Origin: the human T2T-CHM13v2.0 reference genome, Homo sapiens
Reading direction: 5' to 3' (one strand)
Assembly: GCF_009914755.1 (NCBI RefSeq)
Contig: NC_060929.1
DNA length: 64,000 nucleotides
The translations under genes were made by a program, and so were the position numbers. The notes under the pieces are model-generated. The model made no database searches and was not told the origin of the DNA. It saw nothing but the letters and a program-made list of their open reading frames with translations. Shown piece after piece: positions 39,321 through 51,922 of this stretch; the first letter of the stretch is position 1, and every line of letters begins with the position of its first letter.

Positions 39321-41804
39321 CCAGCAGTCCTTTGCAGAGTGGATGAGCTTTCAGTGAGGGGTGAAGTGTGGAATGGGACTCGCTGACGAAAGCCCACTCC
39401 TCCCTGGGCCAGGAGGGGCGCGGGGCCCAGGGCCGGTGTGGCTGGACGGGGCCCTCCCAGGTGGACGGGCAGGGGGGCTCTGAGAGCAGCTGCCGGGATG
39501 GGAGGCGGATGCGTCTGCCTGCTCTGTCCAGGCCTGGGGCCTGTTCCCACCAGGACGTGCCGGAAAGAGGCTCTTGCTCTGTGGGAAAATCATTCTGCTC
39601 CTCTTTCCTGTACAGCCCTGAGGCAGAGCCCGCACTGCGGTTTCCTTAGTTGGGAGCTGTGGTTGTGAGGAGCCCCCAGTCTCTATCGTTCAGGGATCCC
39701 CTTGACCTCAGTAAAAGCCCCCCTTAAGTCCACCAACCTTCTGAGAGCCTCCACTTGGCTCTGGTGGGGCAGTGCCCTGGAAGAGAGGTTTGGGGCTGCT
39801 GATCCTGGCCAAGGGTCTTCCAGAATGACGCTACTCAATGTCCAGGAATCATAGGAGCCCAGTGTCTTGGCCTCACCAGGCTCTGTCACCCCCTCAACCC
39901 TGTGGCCCTGCAGTTCTTGAAGCTCAGGTCCCAGTCCTTGGTGACGACTGAACAACCCTGGCCTCTGCTTACTTCTTCAGGAAGCTGGAGCCTTACCCTG
40001 TTAGCAACGTCTTTCCAGCATCCCTGGGAGAGAAGCAGCTTGCCAGCCCTCTGGGCTTGGTTTTAAACCTGCAACTGGAGCGTGGCCCAGAGGTATGTGT
40101 GTGCCTGGGCCCTGCCCAGTGAGCGGGAGCCTGGCTCTGAGCATCCTGCCTGAACATCCCCAGCCCCTGGCGGGGCGACGCCACTGAGCAAGACACCCTG
40201 GGAGGTGAATTCGGCAATGGGATGGCACAAAGGCCCAGCTTTCCCATCTAATGAGACAACTTCCACCGAACTCACAACACCGTAAACCTTCTAGAGACCA
40301 AGGCAACGTGCACCCAGAAAATGTTTGGATCATTCTCTGCCTAGACTAATTTAGAGGGAAGATTCTCAGCGAATCCAGCCCCCAACCCTTGATTGTCTCC
40401 GGCAAGGATGTTAGGTCCCCCTGTGCTTCAACATGTTTGGAACAAGAACCAATTCGTTTGTTCCTAACGTGACACCTGGAGGAGGCAGAGTCGCTGTGGA
40501 TGCCACGCCACCTCGCAGCCGTGACAGCTAATGACGCCTGCAGTCCCCACCATGGTCCCTGCCTCATCCTCTGTGCCGTTGTCTTGTGTGTTCCATTTAT
40601 ATGAATGGCAACAAAAGTAGAAACCAGGAAAGCAAAATGGCTTCAGTGAGGCTGTTTTGTTTTGTTTTGTTTTTCTTCTTCAACCTGGGAAATTCAGGTC
40701 AATAAAAGTGTAACAGAAAGATGAGAAGAAAGAACATCCCGAAGTAGTGTGTTTAAATCGCTCCAGCGCCAAGACCACAAATCCTGGGAAGCACAGGTGT
40801 CCTTTTCACGGCCTCGCAAGGAAAGCAGGTGCCTTCTCCACAGAGACTCTTGGTGGGCTCCTCGATTTGGGGTCATCTGCTCCTGCAGCCTGGGCTCGCG
40901 GGGGTGAGAACACAACAGGGTGAGCCATTTTGCTGCGGTGCCCCAGGCATCTTCTGGGTGTGGAGGCAACTCCACGTGAGAGGTACCGGTGCGTCCCAGT
41001 CCCAGACTTGTGCCACTTTTCTGAGCCCTCTGGGCCGGCCTCATGCCTTCCGGGCCTGCTGAGCTCTGTGCCCTACCTGCCACTCCTGGAGGGCAGGCTG
41101 CCACTGTGCTCGCGGGGCCTCGCTGCAGGGTGGGCTCACCAGGGGCAGCTTCTGCGGTGTGTGTCCATCACCTGGTGGCCTGTGATGGGCAGTCAGTCTC
41201 GACCAGGGGCTAGTAGGAAGCCAGGGGTGGTTTTCCCACAGGGTCCAATCTTTCTGCAGAGGACAGCATCGATCGGCATCGATCGGCTCCTTAGTCCTGA
41301 AGGTCTGCACGGCCATCCTTCCTCAGATCCACTCCAGAGGCTCTGCTGGCTGGTCCTTCTTCGCCACAAATGTTTGGGGTTTCTGGGCCTGCAGCCTGCC
41401 CTGCCGTGAGCCTGCATCGAGCCTCATCCTGTGTGTGAGGGGGTCACTGGGCTAGGAGCTCGTGGCTTCTTGAGGGGGTGCAGCAGGGGTGACATCAAAC
41501 CCAGCCCGTGCTGTTCCCACTGTCCTCCATCCGCATGGTGCCGTGATGCTCGTCCTGAGGTCATGGGGTGAAGCGTCTGCTGCCTTGGGTTTAGGGCGGT
41601 CGCCCTCTGCAAGAACATCACAGGAAATGTGCAAACAGGATCTCAGAATGGAACCATCGACATGTTTGAGGGAGTGGCCTGTTTTTATGGAATCCCAGGA
41701 CAAACCTTGTTGCAAAATGAAAAATCTTTCCACAAAATGACCAAGCGCTCCCTAATAGGCGCCATCTATGAGCCTCACATTTGGGGTGGTTGGTTTGCTG
41801 ATGT

Positions 41805-42012
41805 CAGGCTTCCTCGGCCTTTGCACGACTGCCTGTGGGCCCATTCACTTTGCTGCCAGCCTGTCCTGGGCACCATTGGATGCTGAGCAGCAGCCTGCCC
41901 CCACCCTGCAGAGGCCAGCAGCACCAGCCCAGGGTGGCGATGACCATAAATGTCTGTAGATGTCACGAGTGTCCCCTGTGGGAGGCAAACTCCCCCCAGT
42001 TGAGAAGCACTG
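41805..42012 (-). mobile_element. MER20 (hAT-Charlie MITE)
   Basis: The reverse complement begins CAGTGCTTCTCAACTGGGGGGAGTTTGCCTCCCACAGGGGACA and follows the MER20 consensus to ..GAGGAAGCCTG. Confidence 0.8.
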
Positions 42013-44127
42013 ACTTAAAGTGACTTTTCATTCTTGATCTGGCAGAAAGGCTTGGGCAGCAGCCAGGGGAATCCACGCCTCCCTCCATGGGGCCTCTTGA
42101 AATCCACGCAGCAGTGCCAGGCTCCATCTGGGGCATGGCACAGCAGTGAATGCCAGGACTTTTAGCAGCTTCCGCTGGAGTTGGGGATGGAGGGAGATGA
42201 AGGCCCCTGTAGTCAGCATGTGACTTGTCATGGGACAGGCTGCGTCCAGGGGTACGGGTCTTGCAGAGGGGACCATGGCTGAGTTGTACTGAGGCCCCCG
42301 GGAGGGGGACCGCTGAAGCCTGCCGTGGTCCCCTTAGCCCTGCGGTAGGACAAGCTCATCCTCTGTGATCAAGCTCAAAGCATCCCTAGTTGGCCTTAAT
42401 GTCTCACTGAGTGTCTCTGACCCGGGATGTTTTCTGTAACTCTTCAGAGCTGTACGACTGTTGATGTCAGCTGCATTTCCTGAGGCCCGTGAGCTCTAAA
42501 GCACCCACGTGCAGTTTCATTTCTGTTGACCTGTCCTTGGTTTACCTATTTTATGCTCCAGGAGGGACCTTTAGTTCCGGTATGCCAGGATTGGGGGGCT
42601 GTTCCCCCAGCTCCTCCCACAGGCTCAGCCCCAAGTCCAGGGTGCTCACTCACATTCTACCATCAGCTGTGACACCCGGGCCCAAAAGTGGCTTCTTCTG
42701 CATGGATGTCCCCTGCAGGGACTGGCCGACACGATGGTGCTGCTTATGAGCATAATTTGCTCTCTCTTCTACAGAAATACCATGTTGCTCAAGCTCTCCC
42801 AGCAAATTGCTCCTAAGCACAGAAGAAAGTGGGCTCAGAACATTCATTTATCATCTTCCTGGTGGGGGCCGCTGAGAGCCCCACATGTTCTGGCATTGAG
42901 GCTGCATCAGTCAACAAAACAAAGTCCTTTTCCCCGGAACTCCTGTCCTGGGTCAGGAGGTCATGGCCTAAGTGGTCACCATCCATCCCAAATCTGCTGT
43001 GTTTAGGAGACCATGGGCTGGAAGACCCAGGAGTGGATGCTTTTGCCCCAACGATGGCTGTCACCCAGAATCCCATGGGGCCGCCACCCTCCAGCAGCTG
43101 AGAGGGACCTGGTGGAGAATCATAACCTTCCCTACCATCCAGCACCTCAGAGGTGGCTCTGCTGGTGGGAGAATCACAACTTTCCACCTGTAAGTAGTTG
43201 GATGCTCCACGTGACACACTGGGCAGAGTCGCCAGTGTTTCCCAGACATCAATATGCTTTCTAAATAGAGGCCACAACATTGTGGCCAATTTAAGCACAG
43301 CTCTGAGCCCAGCCAGCTCAGAGCCCCATGAAGTTCCATGAAGTGGAAACGTCAGGTATCAGTAAGTTACACCTGGTTTGGAAATTCAGCTGAGCCCAGG
43401 CTTTCAACAGGCAGGCACACCTGTCTTCCAGGCTCAGGGAGCGGCCTCCTGATATCCATTTAGCACGTGGTAAAGGCTCTTCCAGGGCAGCTTACAAGCT
43501 TTGAGGCCGGCGTTTCCCACCATGGTGCCTGTCTTCACAGTCCTCCGGGATGGCGCCGTGACTGCATTCCTGTCTGGCGGGAAGAGGCGGTTCTGACCCC
43601 CCCTGGCCTTTCCTACCATCATGGCCCCCACTCTGCAAGTCAAGAGACCAACACAAGGGTCTTCCCATTGCTGGTCACTCACACGAAGCCCACATTCTGC
43701 ATCTGAGGGAATGAGCCAGGCAAGCACAGGCCACTGCGAGGAGAGTGGAGCCCAGACCCAGTTCTCCGTCTGGCCCCCAAGAGTTCCTGCCTTTGGGCCT
43801 CCAGGAGTTAGCATTGATTCAGAGCCACTGTCTAGAAATTGCCAGAAGGCCTGTGGAATGTGTCTTCCCGCAGTGCAGTGACCTGGAAAATGGCCCCTGC
43901 AGGCTCCCTTTGGGGAAGGTAGCACAGATTCCTTCTGTGGTGTAGCAGTGTCTTCACTCGAGGGAGCCCTGAACCCCGTTCCCGGGCCCTGATCTGGCTT
44001 AAGTCTGGCCAGGGGTTAAGAGGCCGTGATTCAGGTCAAACCTCAGTTTATCAGGGTTGGAGGTTGCTTTTTCTTGTTTTATTTTTCCTTTTCATGATAC
44101 AAATCAAGTAAGATTTGAGTTGGCTGT

Positions 44128-45030
44128 TGCTATGGTTTGAATGTCTCCCCCCAAACTGTTGAAGCAGCCCCCAGTGTGGCAGTGTTGAAAGTGGGGGGCC
44201 CTCGAAGAGTGATTGGATCCTGAGGGCTCTGCCCTGGGGGATGGATTAACCTGTTCATGGATTCAGGGAGTAATGGGTTGCCATGGGAGGGGACTGGTGG
44301 CTCGATAAGAAGAGGAAGGGAGACCTGAGCTGGCACGTTAGCAGGGTCGGGCCCCTTGCCATGGGATGACCTGAGCTGCGTCAGGTACCTGCAGAGAGAA
44401 TCCCCCCAGCAAGATGGCTCTTACCAGCTGTGCCCCCTCGACCTTGCACTTCTCAGCCTCCATAAGCGTAAGAAGTAAATTCCTTTTCTTATACATTACC
44501 TGGTTTTGTTAGCAGTGGTGCTTATGGGTATGGGTCTGCAGCAACCTCAATTCTGGCCTCCTCAGAAGAAAGAATTCAACTGAGAGGCAGAAGGCAGAAG
44601 GAGAGACCAAGGCGAGTTTTAGAGCAGGAGTGAACATTTATTAAAAATCTCTAGAGAAGGAATGTGAGGAAGGAAAGTCCACTCGGAAGAAGGTCAAGTG
44701 GGTGACCTGAGAGACCAAGTGTGCGGCTTGGCCTCTCAACTCAGGGTTATGCATCGGCATGCTTCTGGGGTCACCTTCCCCCACTCCTGAGCTCTTATCA
44801 GGAAGCTGCTCATCACCAGCTTCAGGTGTTTTCTATTAGGAGCCTGGCTTTCCCTGGCCCCGGCTGTGGCCAGTTATTACTTTAGAGAGACAGTGTGACA
44901 ACCGCCTGACCAGCACCTGATGGTCGCTGACGCCCCTGGGGTGAGTGGACCCTCTTCTGCCCTGCTCACACCACACGGGCTGCCCACTGTAACAGGCTTA
45001 GGTATTCTGTTACAAGCAAAAGAGAACAAA
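44128..45030 (+). mobile_element. MST-family MaLR LTR split by a nested LTR
   Basis: Starts TGCTATGGTTTGAATGT, has TAAATTCCTTTTCTTATACATTACC before the insert and AGGTATTCTGTTACAAGCA after it. Confidence 0.8.
44507..44994 (-). mobile_element. ERV1 (MER4-group, MER50-like, tentative) solo LTR nested in the MST LTR
   Basis: TGTTA...TAACA termini, a GGTTT/GGCTT flanking duplication and an internal TTTATT (antisense poly(A) signal). Confidence 0.7.
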
Positions 45031-47543
45031 CGATCACAGCTCTCTCCTTGAGTCCCAGGAATGCTGTGATTCACGGGTTGTCATCAGAGATCTCTGTGGG
45101 CCAAGCCATGGCCATGTTTGGGCAGTCCTGCTGCCCACTGCGTGACCACAGCCACCTCATCGACGACTCGCCCCTGGGCCCCTGCCCTTCTGAGATTTCG
45201 TTTTCCCATCGAATTTGGGGGGCTCTGAGATAATGGCAGCATCTCTCACGGTGACGGCGGCCTCAGATCACGGCTGTGGTGGAGTCTAACAGTGGGGGCT
45301 CTCTTCTCATCCATGCTGTGGGGAGGGGGTCCTCTGGACTCTGGAGGAGAAGTGACGCGGTGGGTGAGAAGGTCATGCGTAAGAAACCCAGCCACGGCGA
45401 CAGCTCCCTCTCCTGAGCTGTTTGTCTTTCCTGGTAGCATTTGGCTTCATCTTACGATGGCAACCATCAAGTCTGTGTTTCAGAACTGTTAGAGCCACTG
45501 ATGGTCACTCAGACCAACACAAGCCAGCGGACGCAGTCAGGGCACCGGTGGCCGAACCTTCCACGTCTTCCACCCTGGTCCATCACCCTTAGGAGCCAGT
45601 GCCACGTATATTCCCTGTGTTTCTGTCGACAAAAACAGGCAAGATCTTGCAGTTCTTTTTGTGTGCATGGTCCCTCCTCCTGGCTCTGACCCTGGGACTT
45701 AAGGCTGGTGCTAGGTGATAGGAGGTGACAGTGGACTCGAGTCTTTCAGGCCAGGAGAGGGTGGTCGGGGCAAGAGCAGGAAGCGGTGCCCTGAGTGACT
45801 GGGGAATTCAGGGTCTCAGCTTCTCAGATTCTGCCCACCTGCCTCTCCCCACCTATGTCACCTCCACCTGGAGAACCTGCAGGGCTGTGAATCCCGCACG
45901 GCTGACTCAGCCTGTTGCACTGGTTCCCAGAAATTGCAGACCTGTGGATCCTGGAGATAAGGGCTTCCTTCAGGCCAGCACAGAAAGTCAGGAGCGGGTG
46001 TTCAGAGTCCCAGGGCGATCCAGTCCCTGCACCCTGCAATTTTATGACCCTGGTGCAAGCTGCAGCCATGGGTCCTGAGAGCCGCGCCATGTGTAAACAT
46101 GCGCCAGGCTCCAGATGATCGCAGTGATAACCGCGTGACCACTCCGGGATCACGTGTGAGTGCACCTTCTCCACAGGTCCCAGGACCACCCATCGGATCA
46201 GGGATCACTCCAGACTCCTCTCCTAGAGGCGCTGCCACCCTGGAAGCACATCTGGCACTCAGATCATGTTCAGTCAGAAAAACGAAGCCACCGCGATTAT
46301 GATGATGGGAACATAGGGTTTACACGGGGGAGTTGCTGGGGAGGGCATTTCAGGACAGCCTTGATCAAAGGGCTGGGGAGATGGTCCAGGCGATGCCAAC
46401 CGGAAGCCCCAGAGGAGGAGAGGAAAGCCATCCACTAGGGGACCATCGCCGGCCCCGAGCTCTGGGTGGGCCCGGTGTCCGGAGTCTGCCGTCTGCCTCC
46501 TGGAAATTCAGGCTTCCTTTCACCTGGGCCTCCCCCTCCTCCCCTGAGCTTCCCTCACCGGCAGGCCAGCCCGGCCCTCAGGGACAGCTGGTGGGAAAGA
46601 TGAGAATGAACACGTCCAGCCCAGCCCTGAGCCAGGGCAGGTGCGATAGATATAGGCTGGGAGGCCGGTCTCCCTTGGTTCTCATCTCCCCGGGTTCTAA
46701 TCTCTCCTGAAGTCTTTTTCACACTAAAGCCCTCAAAGCCAGCTGAAGCACTCGCCCGTGGTTCTGATTAAACATTGTTCTGACAAAGGAAATATTATCC
46801 TCAAAGCCCTAACACTACAGATGGGCCCCGTGTCTCTGGGTCCTGCCCCGTATGCTTGGAGAGGGGTTTGGCGACTCAGCCATGCCCCAGGGGGAGGCTT
46901 GCCGGCCTGCGGGCCCCGCCACCTTCCTGTAAGCGCTGGTCTAGCTGAATATCAAGGTCCCCGGAGGGCCATATTTGATGCTGTAACTGCTGGTGTCACT
47001 TTACAGTGAAGACATTCATTATGTCCCTTTGCAGAGCATATTTGATGCAGAGGAGGCCGCTGGAGGCCTGAGAGGAGTGAGGAGAAAGTGCAGGTCCCCG
47101 AGCAGCCCCTGGGCGCTTCGCCGCCCAGCTGTGGGCAGGTCAGCAAGGCTGAGTCACAGGGAACAGGAGGGGCCTCTCCAGGATCCAGGGCCGGGGCCCT
47201 TGGAACTCAGCAGTTTCCGGTTTGATAGGGGAGGGATCAATCACACATATGTATAAAATGTAATACAGAATATTGAATTGCAGTGAACAAGTCTAAACAA
47301 CTTTAAAATGACCTTCCAGGAAGACCTGTGATACGATTTCTCCCTGGTTTCCATGTATTCCGTAGCTACATTTAAATGGCGTGATGATTTATTTTAAGTA
47401 TCTGTGTGTTTGTATCTCACACCATCCCACATGGATGTCATCCCATAATCGTCCGATTTATCGGCCAAGCGGGACCCCTCCTCCCCCCACAGGCCAGGGT
47501 CTGGGTGGGCAGGACCTGGTCTGACTCACAGCACTTGTCAATG

Positions 47544-47711
47544 ATGGATAAGGATGCAGTGAAGAAACGCATCAAACGATGGATAAAGATGCAGTGAAGA
47601 AACGCATCAAACGATGGATAAGGATGCAGTGAAGAAACGCATCAAACGATGGATAAGGATGCAGTGAAGAAACGCATCAAACGATGGATAAGGTTGTGGT
47701 GAAGAAACGCA
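47544..47711. repeat. 35-bp tandem repeat, ~4.7 copies (ATGGATAAGGATGCAGTGAAGAAACGCATCAAACG)
   Basis: Directly visible. Confidence 0.93.
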
Positions 47712-48039
47712 GACACACCCTCGCTCTCTGGAAGTTTCCGTGACTGAGGTTTTGGGACCAACATTGATTTTAAATACAAGGACAGCAGTTTTAAGGACTC
47801 AGTGTGGTGAGGACTCATTGGAAATAAGAAAACGTTTGCCTACTTTACAGATTTTTATGTTTTCTAAAATAGGTCTGTTTTTAAAAAAGACATTTTAAAA
47901 GGGACATGTTACATTCAATGAGGGAAGAAAATGGTAAATGTCAGGGATAATTATTTTGTGCTTGAAAGCAGAAGAAAATGAATGATCCCTGATTTCCTGA
48001 AGCATTTAAACTAAAACAGAACAGCACCCTGCTCTGTGT

Positions 48040-48225
48040 AGGTGTGGAGAGAAGGGCATGTGTGGACAGTGTGTGTGTGTGGGGAGAGGGTGTGTGGGAG
48101 AGGGTGTGTGGGGAGAGGGTGTGTGGGGAGAGGGTGTGTGGGGAGAGGGTTTCTGTGTGGGAGAGGGTGTGTGTGGAGAAGGGTGTGTGGAGACGGATAT
48201 GTAGTGTGGAGAGAGGGTGTGTGAG
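48040..48225. repeat. ~15-bp G-rich repeat (GGGGAGAGGGTGTGT)n
   Basis: Directly visible. Confidence 0.85.
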
Positions 48226-49463
48226 GTGCCCTCTCCTCTAGATCAATCCTAGTGTGTCCGATGCTTCCTTCCACAGGCTCCCGACACAGGTGGGTAATCC
48301 GGAATCCTGGTCAACAAAGTCTGCAGCCCTGCAGCCTGCTGTGATGTTTGCTGAGCAGCAGAGACAGGTGAAGAGTTGCTCTGAGAATGCCCTGATCTGC
48401 TGCAGCTGTAGGTGAAGGAGCAGCTTAGGATAGAAATCAAGATAAGAGCAACAAACCCAGGCTCCCGCGAGAAGCCAGTGGGTGTCCAACTTGAGGGCGG
48501 AGGAAGGCCTGCACTGCCTGGACTAGGACTGACTGCGGCAAATTCACTCCAGGGCTGGGCGTCCACGTCCAGCCAGAACGCAGAACTTGCCGGGTTGCGC
48601 TGCTCACACAGGCCCCGCCGTCCCCGCCGTCCCCGCCGTGAGGGTGCTCAGCTCTGCGTGGCTTGACTGCGGGCCCTCAGGTGTCCTTGTCCAGGGCTCA
48701 GCCTCCCCATCCTCTGCAGCGGGGACATTCTAAGTGAGTGTCTTGTTTAAAAAATAAAGGTGGTAAAAACTGGAGTGTGAGAGGTTAACAAGTTGGCTCC
48801 TGCTTTACTACGGGGGGTCCCTGGCAGCTCCTCTGTTGAAGGACGCATGGGGCATCTGTGCCGCTCTCGTAGGGACGTTTCCAGGGCCTTGTGTGACTGT
48901 GTTCACGTCGGCCCCTCTCACCTCTGAGCTCCTCCCCACCGCGCTTGTGAGTGGAGCAGCCCAGGAGACTGTATGTGGGGTTTTCCAACCACAAAGCATG
49001 GGGGCTTTGGAGTCTGACGTGCTCCTCGGCATGGCCACATGTGCCTCTTTCTCCACTCCTGGCCATCAGCTGCCCTCAAGAAGTCAGCCACCCCTGCAGA
49101 TGGACAATGAGTACCCAAAGCCAGGGAGGAAGGGCTTTGTTGGGGGAGCTTGGCGTAGGCGTCCACTTCGTCAGGGCCTCAGCTCTTTCCTGGTGATTCC
49201 TGTGGGCTGATGTACCCATCACGGGGCACAGAGTGGGACGCCTGCCATGCCGTCCTCCCTGCAAACCACAGCCAACGTCCAGGCCCCGCCTTTCACTCGA
49301 AGCTCAGCCCTTGTTCTGGCCGGGGGATCTGGTGCATCCTGCTGTGTCCAGGGCCCTTGCTATGGTCCCTGGAGTGGTCTCAGGGGCTGTGCCACACCGC
49401 AGGGGCCTCGGATGGCCCCCATGTCTCACTGAGCAGACAACCAATTTTCAGTATGCAAGTGAC

Positions 49464-49585
49464 AAGCAAGAAGCGGCGTCACCCCTAAGCCTTGAATTTC
49501 TTTGCCAAGCAGGAAGCGGTGTCACCCCTAAACCTTGAATTTCTTTGCCAAGCAGGAAGCGGTGTCACCCCTAAACCTTGAAGTT
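49464..49585. repeat. ~43-bp tandem repeat, ~2.7 copies (AAGCAGGAAGCGGTGTCACCCCTAAACCTTGAATTTCTTTGCC)
   Basis: Directly visible. Confidence 0.85.
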
Positions 49586-50709
49586 CTCCAGTCCTGGGCG
49601 TCCCCACTGCCTCCTTCCGGGTCACGTGTTCACAGAGCTAGGGGAAGACCCAGAGACTCCAACGTATCCTCCAGGACCTGCAGATGGGCAGAGGCAGAGG
49701 CAAGTCCAGCACCCGTGCCGTGCAGTGGAGACCCAGAGATCAGGCGAGGTGCCTGCATCTGTGCTGGCTATGCCACCGCAGCAGCACTGTCCCCAGACAC
49801 CTGGAACCGTCCGCGTGCACAGGCTCGTGGCTGCCCTGGCGGAGGTGCCCCATGCACCCCCTCGTCTGATGTCAGGTACACTCCTGCCCCAGGCCAGTGC
49901 TGTTGCAAAGCTGGAGTTTGTGTTCAGGCTGATTATCTTGAACTTGGGCTAATGTTCCACGAAGAGAGTCTCTATTATCTGATTCATTCATTAAGGGCCC
50001 ATTTATGGCTCCCTGGTGAATGGGAGCCACTTGCGCCTGGGACTGTCCCTGCCCACTGCGGGTGAGGGAGGCCCCGTGTGCTGTGAACACAGGGGCCTGG
50101 GCAGGAGCAGGGGGCAGGAAAGGAGGGGAGCCCCTGGAGCCCAGCCAGACGCAGAGAGCCCTCACCGGCCTGCCGGGAGCCTGCAGGCTGCACCGGGCTC
50201 CTAGGCTCTGAGGCTGGGAGTGCAGTGGCCGGGCCCTGGAGGAGGCTGGGCTGGCAGGTGTCATTCCCTCTCCCGGACTGTCTGGGACAGGAAGGCGGTG
50301 CATGTGAGCACCTGGGCGCTTCATTCTGGAGAGCAGCAGCCTCTGGGGAAGAGCAAGCTCGGGCCCCAGCACTGGGGGGTCCAGAATGGCTGAACTCCCG
50401 GGCGCTGGTCCAGGGCTGCCTGCTGACACCTGGTCCCACATGGGGCGGGGCAACTCCATCCTTCCCTCCAAAAAATGAAATAGGCCCCGGGGCCCTCTGT
50501 AGGTGCAGGCCTCTGATGGTTCTTCCAGCCCACTCTGAGCCTGCAGGAGGCTGTGCAAACAGATGTGCATATGTGTGGATGCATGCACATGTGTGTGTCC
50601 CTGAGTGCCTGCATGTATTCCCACACGTGTGCCTGTGTGCTGCATGTGTGTGTATGAGCATGAGAAAATGGGAGAGGGACACATGGAAACAAACGGAGAG
50701 AGAAGGAGG

Positions 50710-51922
50710 AGTGTGTGTGAGTGCATGTGTGTCTGTGTGTGAGTACGAGTGCCTGTGAGTGTGTCAGTGTGAGTGCATGTGCGTGTGAGTGCATGCGTGC
50801 CTGTGTGTGTGTAAGTGCATGCATGCCTGTGTGTGAGTGCATGGCTGTGTGAGTGCATGCATGCCTGTGTGTGAGTGCATGCGTGCCTGTGTCTGTGTGA
50901 ATGTGAGTGCATGCGTGCCTGTGAGTGTGTGAGTGCATGCGTGCCTGTGTGTGTGATTGCATGCATGCCGGTGAGTGTGTGTGTGAGGGCATGCGTGCCT
51001 GTGTATGTGTGAGAGCATGCGTGCCTGTGTGAGTGCATGCGTGCCTGTGAGTGCATGTGTGCCTGTGAGTGTGAGTGCATGCATGCCTGTGAGTGTGAGT
51101 GCATGCGTGCCTCTGAGTGTGAGTGCATGTGTGCCTGAGTGTGTGAGTGCATGCGTGCCTGTGAGTGCATGTGTGCCTGTGTGAGTGCACGTGTGCCTGT
51201 GAGTGTGAGTGCATGCATGCCTGTGTGAGTGCATGTGTGCCTGTGAGTGTGAGTGCATGCGTGCCTCTGAGTGAGTGCATGCGTGCCTGTGAGTGCATGT
51301 GTGCCTGTGAGTGTGAGTGCATGCGTGCCTGTGAGTGCATGTGTGCCTGTGAGTGCATGCGTGCCTGTGAGTGTGAGTGCATGTGTGCCTGTGAGTGAGT
51401 GCATGCGTGCCTGTGAGTGCATGCGTGCCTGTGAGTGTGAGTGCATGTGTGCCTGTGAGTGTGAGTGCATGCATGCCTGTGAGTGTGAGTGCATGTGTGC
51501 CTGAGTGTGTGAGTGCATGTGTGCCTGTGAGTGTGAGTGCATGTGTGCCTGTGAGTGCATGCGTGCCTGTGAATGCATGCGTGCCTGTGTGAGTGCATGC
51601 GTGCCTGTGAGTGAGTGCATGCGTGCCTGTGAGTGAGTGCATGTGTGCCTGTGAGTGCATGCGTGCCTGTGAGTGAGTGCATGCGTGCCTGTGTGAGTGC
51701 ATGCGTGCCTGTGAGTGCATGCGTGCCTGTGTGAGTGCATGCGTGCCTGTGAGTGTGAGTGCATGCGTGCCTGTGTGAGTGCATGCATGCCTGTAAGTGT
51801 GAGTGCATGCGTGCCTGAGTGTGAGTGCATGTGTGCCTGTGAGTGAGTGCATGCGTGCCTGTGTGAGTGCATGTGTGCCTGTGAGTGTGAGTGCATGTGT
51901 GCCTGAGTGTGTGAGTGTGTGT
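50710..51922. repeat. 18-24-bp satellite (GTGA)1-2GTGCATG[C/T]GTGCCT, ~1.2 kb
   Basis: Directly visible; it is the source of the HT-rich pseudo-ORFs. Confidence 0.95.
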
